Positions 9,722 to 20,435 of a DNA stretch of 22,520 bases are shown here, in pieces (position 1 is the stretch's first letter; every line of letters starts with the position of its first letter). Below the pieces are notes generated by a model. It did no database searches. It was not told the origin of the DNA and saw nothing but the letters and a program-made list of their open reading frames with translations. Location: NCBI GenBank assembly GCA_964016885.1, contig CAXHJY010001393.1, forward strand, positions 1 through 22,520. Reading direction: 5' to 3'. The DNA comes from Eledone cirrhosa (lineage: Eukaryota). A program made the translations under genes and the position numbers.

Positions 9722-11748
9722 ATGGCAGAACCAAAGAAGAAATATTGGTAGTCCAATGTCAAATATTTAAGATATGGTTTAATTCTATCATCTACAAACA
9801 AACTATTATCAATTTGTCTGATTTGTCAAAAAATGTTTTTAAATAAATTTACAAAACCCTGAAGATTAGAAGAGACTTTGAAAGGAATTCATGCTGATGT
9901 GACAAATAAGGCTTTCAGTGCTAATTTTGTATACAACTCACATTGTCAAGTATGTTTTCACCTATACCAATTTTATGAACCTCTTACCAACGTTCATTAC
10001 TGATTACCAAATCCAGAAAACTATCAATTGTTTCTAAAGTTCTATATACTGTGTTGCAAAAGCCAGCAACTGACATCATAATTATAATATTCCTTTGAGC
10101 AATAATAATTTATTTATTTATTCCTTGAGCAATAATAAAATAAATGAATTGATGAAATGGACAAGAATGTGGAATACACTTTATGCAATATTTTGAGGAC
10201 TGCCTACATTTTGTTACAACTGTGTGAATGAATTTTAACTTTTAGCTTATATTCAGTTCATAAAAGAAGAGAAAATAACTCTTCTTTTTCTTTGCCCACT
10301 TATTCCTAACTTAGCCGGTTAGCATTTAAACCAGCTGTATCCGGCCAGAATTCTCTCACCTCTTTCTGTTCAAATCTGCTGTAACTTGCTACTCATAGTG
10401 ATGTTAAGGTATTGTTCTCAAAATAAATAATATCAAAATCTCATAGATTTGATATTATGTGAGATAATTATAATTATAAATATGTAAGATAAAGTCTTTA
10501 CTCCGAAAATATAATAGTAAATTATAAAGTAAATGCTAAAGAGTTATTATTTTCTAGACATTTGTTGATTGTTTCAAAATAATTTTTTAAAGAAAAATAT
10601 ATTTTTACAAATCTAAGAGATCCAAATGAGGCAACTCCATCTCTTGATTTATTATACACTTAAGAAATGCTAATGCCATATATACAGGTGGTACATTGTG
10701 TGATTCATTATCAGCATTTAGCTGCAAAAGACCTTAGTGATTGCTTGCATTGCTGAGTGCAATACATCATTACAGTAATTAATGTAATCAGAAACCATTC
10801 TGTCAATGGCAGATTATTCAGACAACTTTGTAAACAAAACAATGAAGAATTTAATCTCTTACTATTCAACCCTGAAGTTTGCTGAGTCACTTATATAATC
10901 TTTTTGTGACAGTTTTGGAATTCTTTGGAAACAGATATTTTCATGCAAGGCATCATGAAGACATTCAAAAGTGTCATATCTTTATATGTAAGATTTATAT
11001 TTTAAGTTTAATGAAATTAATTTGCAGCTGCAAGATGAACTGAATGAATCCAAAGCTTGTTACATGTGCATTTGTTTTAAAACATGTTCTCTTTAAACAG
11101 TTGTGATGCAGAGAATTTAACCAATTTCCAAGGATTTCTGAACTCTAGCAGAAGACAGAAATACATGATGATGATACTCAGGTTTACTACTATGATTTAG
11201 AAGTGTTATTCTCTCTATGAATATTCCAGATTAGGATTTTGATTGATTTTCACATGTTGGGGAAGAAAACTTCAATTCCAAGAATTGATTGATTAAAAAA
11301 CAACAAAGTTGAAGTTTAAATTTAAAAATGAGTAACACCATTTCTGGTTGCAACAGCAACTTACAAATATTTATCTTTGATTATTTATCATTTATGAAAA
11401 AGAAAAGTTCCTAATTCCATTTCCATTATCATATATAATTCAATGTGTATTTAGTGTAAGTATGGACCTTTTGGCAAAACAAGAGAAACTGACAGTAAAT
11501 AGCCAGATGAGATTATTTATAGATGCTACTCTCTAATATTGAGATAGATGTTTCATTACATCTGACCTCTAATTCATATTAATAAATCAAGTAATTTGAT
11601 ATATATTCTACAATTATATTTTTGTTTATAAAATAAATTTTTTTTTTTAAATATTAAAATTTCAGTGTACCAATTTTGAGTGTGGTGCTCATTGATAAAA
11701 TACATTCTTTAAAATGGGTTGGTAGATCAAAACATTTGGGAAATACTA
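9722..11748 (+). mobile_element. Decayed hAT DNA transposon (Buster/Charlie, ZBED5/ZBED8/SCAND3-like transposase pseudogene), interrupted by a MITE
   Basis: Manual translation: at 9722 MAEPKKKYW*SNVKYLRYGLI..ICLICQKMFLNKFTKP*RLEETLKGIH (BED-like finger). At 10691 VHCVIHYQHLAAKDLS..RLFRQLCKQNNEEFNLLLFNPEVC (CxxH and the LLLHTEVRWL region). At 11408 FLIPFPLSYIIQCVFS (hAT C-terminal dimerisation motif). The right end TTTGGGAAATACTA is followed by CTCTATAC, a Charlie-like nnnTAnnn target. Many stops; the left terminus is uncertain. Confidence 0.8.
10311..10547. mobile_element. Second copy of the same piggyBac-type MITE, inserted within the hAT fossil
   Basis: Shares CCGGCCAGAATTCTCTCACCTCTTTCTGTTCAAAT and GTATTGTTCTCAAAATAAATAATATCAAAATCTCATAGATT with 12535-12732. 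Ends TTAG-CCGGTTAGCATTTA ... TAAATGCTAAAGAG-TTAT are degenerate TIRs and TSD. Confidence 0.8.
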
Positions 11749-11920
11749 CTCTATACAACCACCAACCAATATGAAAGAAAACAAACATGATACAATACAA
11801 ACTCAACATGATCTCCTTCTAACAGTTGAATACAACCTACACAACATATACTCCACAAATCAGCTCACATAACATATTCTATACAATCTCCTCCAAACGC
11901 TAAAATACAATCTACACAAC

Positions 11921-12190
11921 ACATCATCATCATCATCCAGTTTTTTGATTATGCAGGACACAATTAATCCCTAAGTATAGGTGGGTCCTGCCTGACAGCG
12001 CTCCTTAACATTCCACACCATGTGTTTCTGTCCACTGGTCTTACTTGGGCAAGACCAAGCCTAGCTTGATCCCGACGGACATCTTCCATCCAAGTCCTCT
12101 TTGATCTCCCTGGACCTCTACTGCCTCCTCGATTGACATTCATCACTTTGCTGATTCAGCCCTCACTGCGCTCAACATAACCCACACAGT
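11921..12190 (-). mobile_element. 3' end of an RTE-clade LINE with a (GAT)n tail
   Basis: ORF 11964-12146 GGSRGPGRSKRTWMEDVRRDQARLGL..DRNTW matches the RTE C-terminal G.R.RGRP..TW..D..W motif. (CAT)n on the + strand at ~11922-11937 is the tail. Confidence 0.7.
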
Positions 12191-12294
12191 CATTAAGTGA
12201 TCACACTAACTCCTTTCCTTTCAGATTTAGATGGACAGAAAACAAACCTAATACCATCACCAACTGAAAACTCTTCTTTTCTTAATAGATGCAA

Positions 12295-12780
12295 AACATT
12301 AAGACTATTGCCATTAATGTTGGTACAATGAAAAAAGTTTTCAGAGATGCTAGAGAACAACTGTTTGCCATGTACAAAAAGTGAGATGGGAAAAGGAAGC
12401 CTCAGTCAGTCTCCTCATAGGTAAGGAAAACGCACATTTTTCTGTGTGAGTAACATTGTTAGAATGGACAGTGTAGGCATATAGCTGACAGAGAAGAGAA
12501 ATACAAGTAGTTATGTATGTGACAGAACAATTAACGCTTTAGCATTTAACCCGGCCAGAATTCTCTCACCTCTTTCTGTTCAAATTGGCCATAACCGCCT
12601 GTTCATACTTCTGTTAAAGTATTGTTCTCAAAATAAATAATATCAAAATCTCATAGATTCGATATCATGTGAGATAAAGTGTTTGCCGTGAAAATACAAT
12701 AGTAAATATAGAGTAATGTAAATGTTAAAGGGTTAAGCTTAGGATAATAATGGGCAACATGATCCCAACAATCTTCTCTT
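12295..12780 (+). mobile_element. Decayed RTE-clade apurinic endonuclease fragment, split by a MITE
   Basis: Remnants read INVGTMK, VQKVRWE, DSVGI and VCDRTIKLRIIMGN; the last motif is continuous once the MITE at 12535-12732 and one TTAA are removed. Confidence 0.65.
12531..12736. mobile_element. piggyBac-type MITE with TTAA target-site duplication
   Basis: TTAA at 12531-12534 and 12733-12736. Terminal inverted repeats CGCTTTAGCATTTA / TAAATGTTAAAGGG (12 of 14 complementary). Interior is shared with the copy at 10311-10547. Confidence 0.85.
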
Positions 12781-13204
12781 CAGAGTTGATCTACTAGAGA
12801 ATGGATTGCAGGTGGCAAATAGTGATATGACCACCAAATATGATAGTTAGTCACGATGTATGTAGTCTCCTGCTGAACAAATAAGCAATTCCAAGTCAAA
12901 CAGTGGTAAGCTATTAGGGGAGATGGAGCAACAATGATCTCTGCATTTGCATCACAAATGAAACTTATACTTTGCTCATGCGTGTAATGAATACTCATTC
13001 AATTAATAGCGTATTGAGGGAGATGTGATCTTCAATTATCTCGGAAGACAGCATTTCTCCGATAAAGTATTGACTTGATGTGCAATGACAATTGCTCGTG
13101 AAACTCATGCTAGCATAGAAAAACAGATGTAAGATCGGTCCAAGGAAACAGTATTTTCATTGTTTTTTTCATTGCTGGTACTGTCTCCCGATCATAATTC
13201 CTGG

Positions 13205-13305
13205 CAGGAAGGAGCAACATGAAATAAAATATTTTGCACTCAAGAACACAACAGACCACCTGGTCCAGGTATTGAACCCACAACTTTATGACCATGAGTC
13301 CAACA
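13205..13305 (-). mobile_element. SINE family A, truncated at the Tx1 5' junction
   Basis: GGAGCAACATGAAATAAA..CTCAAGAACACAAC..GGTATTGAACCCACAACTTTATGACCATGAGTCCAACA. Confidence 0.7.
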
Positions 13306-13344
13306 ATATATATATATATCACGCGTCCAACAATATATATATAT

Positions 13345-15067
13345 ATCACGTGTTCCATTCGACAGGGGTGCCCTCTCTCCTCCATTCTGTATGTATTGAC
13401 TCTAGAGCCACTACTGCGGGAATTAGAGCTGTTGCAGAGCATCCCTCTAGAACCGGGACTGTGCAAAGCGGCGTCGGCTTATGCCAACGACATGACGGTA
13501 ATGGTGTCGAGCACCTCAGAAATCGGGGTGATCGGCAACTTACTGAAAGAATATGAAACACTGACGGGAGCAAACTCGGTACGTGGAGAGGCAAACCGAT
13601 GACGTCTGACAGTGTCGTTGGACGCTGGACGGACGGACCAGTGAAATTGCTTGGGGTTTGGTTCGGTCCAGACCTCCAGGTGGAGAAAAACTGGAACGAG
13701 GTCACAGCCAAGGTGTTTGCACTCACCCAGAAGTGGGCAGAGTGCAAACTGTCCTTGAAAGGTCCAGCGGAGGTGGCGAACACTTTCATAGCGTCCGTCA
13801 TCTACTACCGCTTGACTGTTGTGCCTTGTCCCCGTGAACACCTCGCCAAGATGGAACGCATGCTCTTCCAGTTTCTGTGGAAGAAACAGGCTCCGCTGGT
13901 GAGGAGATCCGTCTGCTGTCAGCACCATTCCAACGGAGGGCTGGGAATGCCGTGGCGGATGATGCTCAAACATGCGCTGAGGCTGCGGCATCTCCAGGTA
14001 TTCCTCACCGACCCCCAACCGGTGTGGGCACCGTTTGTGAGACAGGCTTTCCCACAGCTCGTCTCGCTGACGGAGCTGCAGTCCTGGGTCAAGAAAAGAC
14101 CGGAAACGATGGGCACCTGGCACATTGAATGTGCTCAGGCGCTCACAGTCCTCTGGCAAGCGGGCGCAGCAATCAGTGGAGACTCCACTCGACATTCTAT
14201 AGAGTGATTGTACATTACAAGGGCGACGATGTGCTCGGAGAGACTCTGGGCGTCGAAGACGATGAGCTCACCAGTCTGTTTGGTAGGACTTTCCGCTCGG
14301 GACGTATGGACAACTTCCAGAGGTTCCTGGCCTGGCAGTGCTACCGAGGAGCTTTACCGGTTCGTGACAAGATCTACAGGCACGGACGCCCCGGCAGGGA
14401 TCCTTCCAAGAGGACGTGTCCAAGATGCGCGCAGGACATTGAAACAGTCCTGCACGCAATTGTACACTGCCCGGGCGTAACCGACCTGTGGAACTATGCA
14501 GAACAACTGCTGTCGCGTATGGGACAAATCCAGTTGACTGCCAAGTCCATAGTAAGGATCAAACCGCCAGCCTCTTTCAAAAACGAAAGAGAGGCGGTTT
14601 TCCTCTGTACGGTGGCTATGGTGAAAGAAGTTATATGGTGGATGAGGTTGAGAGGACTGAGGACAGATGCCTTTCTCTCCGGACAACAATTGATTCCCTT
14701 CTTTAAGTATCACTTTAGAAGGAGAATCAGGGTGGAGAGAGAGGCATGGCACCACAGTAAATTTACTGAAATGTGGGTGAATGAAGCGAAAATGGCCCGA
14801 GTGATTGGGCCTTCTCTGTTTATAAGCCTGTAGGTTGAAGAAGAGAGCAAAAGGAAGAAAGGAGCACTTGCACAACACGCTCCTGGAGTTGAGGGTTGTT
14901 CTATCAACGGGGTATTAAACAACCCATTTGTGGCGCCTCCCCCCTATTGTACACGGCGATTGTTGTAATTGTTTGTTTTTATATTTTTTACACGACTGTA
15001 TGTAAAATCCCCGGCATGTCTTTGTATTGTCCCCTTTTCTTGTGCGCCCTTGTGACTAATAAAGAAA
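13345..15067 (+). mobile_element. 5'-truncated Tx1/L1-clade non-LTR retrotransposon (C-terminal RT half, CCHC zinc knuckle, 3'UTR), inactivated
   Basis: Three successive frames read SIRQGCPLSSILYVLTLEPLLREL, SAYANDMTV (YADD box), VKLLGVWFG..NW, GGLGMP and CPRCAQDIETVLHAIVHC (CX2CX8HX4C). Stop TAG at 14831-14833, AATAAA at 15058-15063. Much higher GC and CpG than the flanks. Frame breaks near 13572 and ~14190. Confidence 0.9.
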
Positions 15068-15156
15068 TATATCTTTAAAGCGTTGTTTTGCCGAGATATT
15101 GTGCAAAGTGAACTTTGTTCACGCGTGTCTAAATGCTAATATGTATATATATATGG

Positions 15157-15260
<104 letters not shown>

Positions 15261-15796
15261 ATTTATATTTACGCATGCACACACACGTCAGAGGTTTACA
15301 CAAATACAGTAAAGAAGGGAGAGCACAAGTACTTAACTACGATAACAGGAAGGAGAAGAAGAAGAAAGGGAAAATTAATGAAAAGATAAGAGGCAGAGAA
15401 ATATGTATACGTATATAAATATAATATCGATTTTTGCAAATATTAATCGGTTTCGTATACACACATACGTGCCCAAATACTAGGTACATACTGCAATAAC
15501 ACGTTCGACAATTATTGTAATTTATAAAATTAGACGCATTTTATTCTTACTACCTAATAACCTTTATTTATTGTAGTACGTCATATTATCAGTAAACCTA
15601 TTTTAGTTTATATTATCTTCCACTCCACCCCTTTTTTCAATCTAATTTATCTGATATATATATATATGCAGAGTGAAAAAGAGGCATAGCCTTAAGATCG
15701 TTCTCAGTCTTATTTACGAAAAAGAAAAAAAAAGAAAAAATAATACGAGACAAACACATTCGTAACAAAAAGTAAACTTGATGTAAAGGAAAAAAA

Positions 15797-15962
15797 ATGA
15801 TTTTAGCTTCACGAACGTCTTATAAACTGTTGTTTATCAACCGCTATCCCCTGAAAAAGTTAGTCGGTGTTAGTCGACAATACTGCTACAAAACTCCTAG
15901 TGAACACGATGTTGTTAGAATCGGGTGCGCCAGTGGTTTTTGGGGTGACACCTCTGTCGCCG
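15797..15962 (+). CDS. First coding exon of an AtuA-like (DUF1446, acyclic terpene utilisation family) protein with a probable mitochondrial targeting peptide
   Basis: AAAATG start. The peptide ends VVRIGCASGFWGDTSVA, the characteristic N-terminal motif of AtuA/DUF1446 proteins, followed immediately by the consensus donor G|GTAAGT (15962/15963, phase 1). The first ~35 residues are R/K/S-rich and have no acidic residues. No exon 2 was recognised in the window. Confidence 0.85.
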
Positions 15963-16188
15963 GTAAGTTACAAGAATCTTGCTTGCACCATATGTAATAC
16001 ATTTTCTTTCGTTTTGTCTATGCCATATAAATGTGACTGACTTCTTATAATATAATATAGGTACCGTCGCCAAAACTTTGAAGTCACTACGCCCCCTCCC
16101 ACCCCAATAACGAAACTTACTTTGTTCACTCATGTATTGAATGCTCATTCAGTTAATGTTTGGCCGTTCTCTGTACGCGTATACCCGC

Positions 16189-16191
<3 letters not shown>

Positions 16192-16245
<54 letters not shown>
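16192..16245. repeat. (TA)27 microsatellite
   Basis: Directly visible. Confidence 0.98.
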
Positions 16246-16246
<1 letters not shown>

Positions 16247-16479
16247 CAGATAATTTAGGTGAATGATTAATAGCACCTATGAACCTATTCAATGTTATTG
16301 TTGATGTTATTCTTGGGTCAAGTGCATTTATCCTCCCTCCTTACCCACTCCTTAAAATACGTTTCCGTTTTAGTTATTGTTGTTGGTATTCGTGTATAAA
16401 AGGCGTATTAAGCTTGCTTGGGGCTCCTGGCTGGAATTTTAATCGGGGCTCTTACGTATTATTTATGGCAGTAATAGTA

Positions 16480-16845
16480 ATAATAATTGTTTTTACTTTT
16501 GGCATAGCACAATTTGAAGGGAAAGAGAAAGTCAATTAAATCGAACACTGCGTTACTGGTACTTTAAGGATGAAAAGCAAAGCTATCCTCAGTGAGATTT
16601 GAACTCGGAACGTTAAAGGACGTAACTATATGCCACAAACCATGTTTCCGACGCTCTACCGATATATTGCCAATCCATCGCCCTAGTAATAATAATTGTT
16701 TCTGCTTTAGGCACAAGGCCAGCAATTTTGGGAGAGGGAAAATCGATTAAATCGACACCAGTGCATTACTGGTGCTTTATTTTATCGAAAGCTAACCTGA
16801 GCGGGGTTTGAACTCAGAACGTAAAAGGCCATAACTAAATGATAA
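16480..16845 (-). mobile_element. Two tandem SINE family B copies
   Basis: Copy 1 ~16480-16684 and copy 2 ~16688-16845, each with an (AAT)n tail, ATTAAATCGA..TTACTGGT and TTTGAACTC.GAACGT.AA. Confidence 0.75.
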
Positions 16846-17129
16846 TAATAATTTGGGTCCCTTTGAATATTGTGGGGCTCCCTGGCTGCAGGCCAGTCAC
16901 CACTTCTCTTTAATAAGTAATTGATGTTGTGTTGTGTTCAAATCCCGCCTAGGTCAATTTTGCATTTCATAATCAAAAACATTGATGACCAACTCCTATT
17001 TTTGTTTTATATGCACGGAACCACGACCACATGCATCTTCCTCGAAGACGGTGCGATGTGAGGGAGATTTGGCTTCTGTTTCTAATAAATCGATTGATTA
17101 CGTTGAAGCTCCTTAGTTGGCTTATGTTA

Positions 17130-17337
17130 CTAGTGGCGGAAGATTTAATCGTCCAAACCACAATGTGTTGTCTTAGGTCGGTATTAGATATATTGATACT
17201 GCAGTTCATTATGTTCTGAGTTCAAATCCCATCGAGGTCAACTTTACATTTAATTTATCCACAGTTAATAAAATAAAGTACCAGTCAAATACTTAGGTCG
17301 AAATAATAGGTTATGTAGCTTTGTGCCAATACTAGAC
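17130..17337 (+). mobile_element. SINE family B, plus orientation
   Basis: TTCTGAGTTCAAATCCCATCGAGGTCAACTTT..ATAAAATAAAGTACCAGTC..TTGTGCC. Confidence 0.7.
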
Positions 17338-17809
17338 TTTATATTGATGTTGTTATTGAGTTAGTCTATATCTCTTCTCCATCTCATTTCTCTCCCACCC
17401 TCTCTTAAAAAAAATTAAAAGATTTTCGTTAAGCCCTTAATCTGAGACCTGACCACCAGCAACTTGCTTAATTCAGTCAGCATTAAACCTAAGCTCCGTT
17501 GCCTAACAAGCTAAAACTCACCCCCTACTTACTACAATCTGAATGGAGATGACCATCTGCAAGAATTAGCCCCTTCAGTTCGACTAGCTCTTTCAATGCA
17601 CCTCACTCACTACCCCCCTCCCCTAGGTAATGTTTTTACAATTATGTCTGCTGGGACCATACATGGGAGACCATACACTCTAGAAAAACAATATATGAAT
17701 GAAAGAATGTAATGCAGAAAAAATATATCACAAGTAACAGTATTAATTTTGAGAAAATTATTCCATTTTGCAATTGTTTTTCTTTTTTCTTGGATGAACA
17801 TGTTCATTA

Positions 17810-18015
17810 ATTTGGTGTGGAAAGATAGTGAATTGATAGATTCATTAGAACTTCAAGTATTTATTTACGCTCCTTACATTCTGAGTTTAAATCTCACCAA
17901 TGTCAACTTTGACTTATATCCTTCTGAGGTTAATAAAATAATGTACTTGAAAAGAATTGGGACTGATATAATTGGCAGTTTCCTCTCCCCCTAAATTTCT
18001 AGGTTACCATAGAAA
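17810..18015 (+). mobile_element. SINE family B, plus orientation, CpG-decayed
   Basis: TTCTGAGTTTAAATCTCACCAATGTCAACTTTGACTTATATCCTTCTGAGGTTAATAAAATAATGTAC. Confidence 0.65.
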
Positions 18016-18289
18016 TTATAGAGTTTACAATAAACTCTGTTAAATATATGTCTACCATAATTTCATAACCCTGTGTGTGGGCATTTATTGATTATAAATA
18101 CACATATGTAATTGTGTGAACAATTTTGTGTTTAATAGGAGGAAGTCCTTTTTATCATACTTGGAATTTTTATTTTTAGTATTCATTTTGTTTCATGAAT
18201 ACAATAAACAAAGGAAATCACAGTGCGTCATGCAAATGTTTCATGGTCCTGGCAGACAGAATATTGAATGTGTTACCTCAGAGGATGGC

Positions 18290-18756
18290 AATGGAGATGT
18301 GCTGAAAGAGACAGTCTAACTCACCAAGCTCATTCTTGCAGATGGCCATCTTCCCCTAACATGCTTCTCTAAACACCAGTATTAAATATAATCTGGATGC
18401 AACTGGTTTTTCATTGTAGCTGGAAATAGATGGGTTGAACCCAAGGAAATGGTAAAAGGCCAGATAACATCGCAATCTTCCTTTTCTAAGGAAGTATGTC
18501 CCTAACCAGGGATGCAGCCTGCATCAATACTTTCTGCTATGGCAATCTAGTGAAACCAATGTCATACCCAATTTTCATCACCTGACAGGCTGAGCACCAG
18601 AAGCTCACAAAATACTGGCTGCTCTCTGATAGGTTTCTCTTCAAATCCATAGCTGTGAAAACAAGTGTCCTGGGTCTCTGAACCACTTTTATACTCAGTT
18701 TGATTGGGATACAAATGGCCATCTTTAGGAATGTGTCCCATGAAGTTGACTGGCTC
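18290..18756 (+). mobile_element. Decayed fragment of a CRE-like non-LTR retrotransposon (zinc-finger remnant plus restriction-like PD-(D/E)xK endonuclease)
   Basis: Manual translation: RCAERDSLTHQAHSCR, HASLNTSIKYNLDATGFSL*LEIDGL (from 18360), then GNGKRPDNIAIF..SLTRDAACINTF..QAEHQKLTKYWLL..FLFKSIAVKT..LIGIQMA..EVDWL (18445-18756). This follows the RH-x-ALN / KRPD / WDATC.DT / AE..K..KY / F.PIAVET motif order of CRE-clade elements. Stops and frameshifts are present. Confidence 0.75.
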
Positions 18757-19886
18757 TTACGTGTATGTGTGTGTGTGAGGGGAGATAGGTAAGTAAGGTA
18801 TATAATATAGGTATTCTGTGTATGCGTGTGTGTGTTAAAATAAATGTAAGTTAATCCTATCTCACATGCCTAGATTAGCCATTTAACAAAATAATCCTGT
18901 TTGGAGCACCAATAGAAAGGGACACCACAGTTTTTATGTTCCCGGTGTCATTTGTCATGATATTAATGATACAGTTGAACAAGGATCCCACAAAAATTGT
19001 TGAAAATATATATATTTGTCTTGTCCAGTTATAATTAAATAGTTGGTTTAATGAATTAAACCTGAATAGAAAACAGATGTAAACTAATGGTGATAATGAT
19101 ACATATATACTCACACACACATATATATTAGAGTTTGTAAATTGTAGTTGATTATACTACTAGCGTAAAGATAGAACGAACTCGAGCATAAAAATATATA
19201 CTAAAGTGATTTGACAAAATTATTATATAGATTCTTCTATTCTTTTACTGGCTTCATTCATTATACTTTGGTCATCCTGCTACACTGCCTTCAAGAGATT
19301 TAGTTGATCGTATTGACAACAATGCTTATTTTTTTCATGTTTCCTACATATGTCATTGATCTCTTTTTGTGTGTGTACAGAGAAAATAACAAAAAGTGTG
19401 TTTACACTTGATCACTGTCACAGCGAAGCTTATAATTTAAAAATTGAAATTTTAATCATCATTTTACATTTTGATTTATAACAAATTTATCTTAGAATTT
19501 CTAATATATAACAATGGATAAGTATTAATTCTAATCAATGCATGACATACAAATTTGACTATTTATAAAGCTCCCTCTATAAATAAAATAATGGGGGTGT
19601 TTGTCTTTTGATGAACAGACAATAATATGAGAAACATGTAAAGGGCACTCTGTTATGTTTTTCTATATACAGAGAGAATAATAAACAGTGTAGAGCCTCG
19701 CTGTTAATTCGCAGAGTTACAAGATTATAACTAATGTATTTTAGATGGAAAAGGGAATAGCCCCATCAGGGATAATAATAAGTATTTCACTTTATTAATA
19801 GCAGCAAAATATAAATAAAAATTGGAAATGCTTAGTATAATGGGAATAAAGTCATTGTCAATTACTGATACACATCACAGGGTTAC

Positions 19887-20090
19887 ATTCATCATCATCA
19901 TCATTTAACGTCTATCTTCCATGCTAGCATGGGTTAGACGGGTTTGTCCCACTTGAGGGATGTTTGGTCGGGTGACCATGTCTCACTCATACAGGACTGT
20001 TTCTGACTGGTTTTCTATGGCTGGATGCCCTTCCTAACGGCAATCACATTTACAGTGTGGACTGGGTGCTTTTTACCATGTCTCCTACAT
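19887..20090 (-). mobile_element. SINE-like family C
   Basis: (CAT)n TTAACGTCTATCTTCCATGCTAGCATGGGTTAGACGG..GGCTGGATGCCCTTCCTAAC..TTTACAGTGTGGACTGGGTGCTTTTT. Confidence 0.7.
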
Positions 20091-20435
20091 TGAAGAAAAC
20101 AATTGTAAATTAACATTGAACATGAAATAATATGGAGAAAGATAGAAAATTAAAAACTATTGAAAGGGATTGTTGTGAATTATACATGAGATTGTTAGTT
20201 TGAACAAAAATTAGAGTACTCATACCAAGTAGATATAGCTATATATATGTAGTGTAGTTATATATATATATATATATGAGCAAGACATGGTTACCTGACC
20301 TAGAATTGCTCACAACAGGACAACTCGTCTAACTCATGTTAGTGTGGAAATGGTGATGATAATGATGTGTCTCCTGGCGTGACATGTCTAACCCATGCAA
20401 ACATAGAAAATGGATGTTAAACAATGGTGATATAT

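Noticed and set aside
12780-13100. Possible decayed Tc1/mariner transposase (GDGATMISAFAS resembling GGGSVMVWGAFS)
   Set aside because: Only one weak motif, with no DDE residues or TIRs identifiable; needs a TBLASTN search.
13346-14922. Long antisense and alternative-frame ORFs (151, 238 and 174 aa, etc.)
   Set aside because: Shadow ORFs of the GC-rich Tx1 coding sequence.
16400-16915. Possible non-autonomous DNA transposon (GGGGCTCC motifs at ~16420-16452 and ~16874-16882) split by the tandem SINEs
   Set aside because: Terminal repeats and TSD could not be established.
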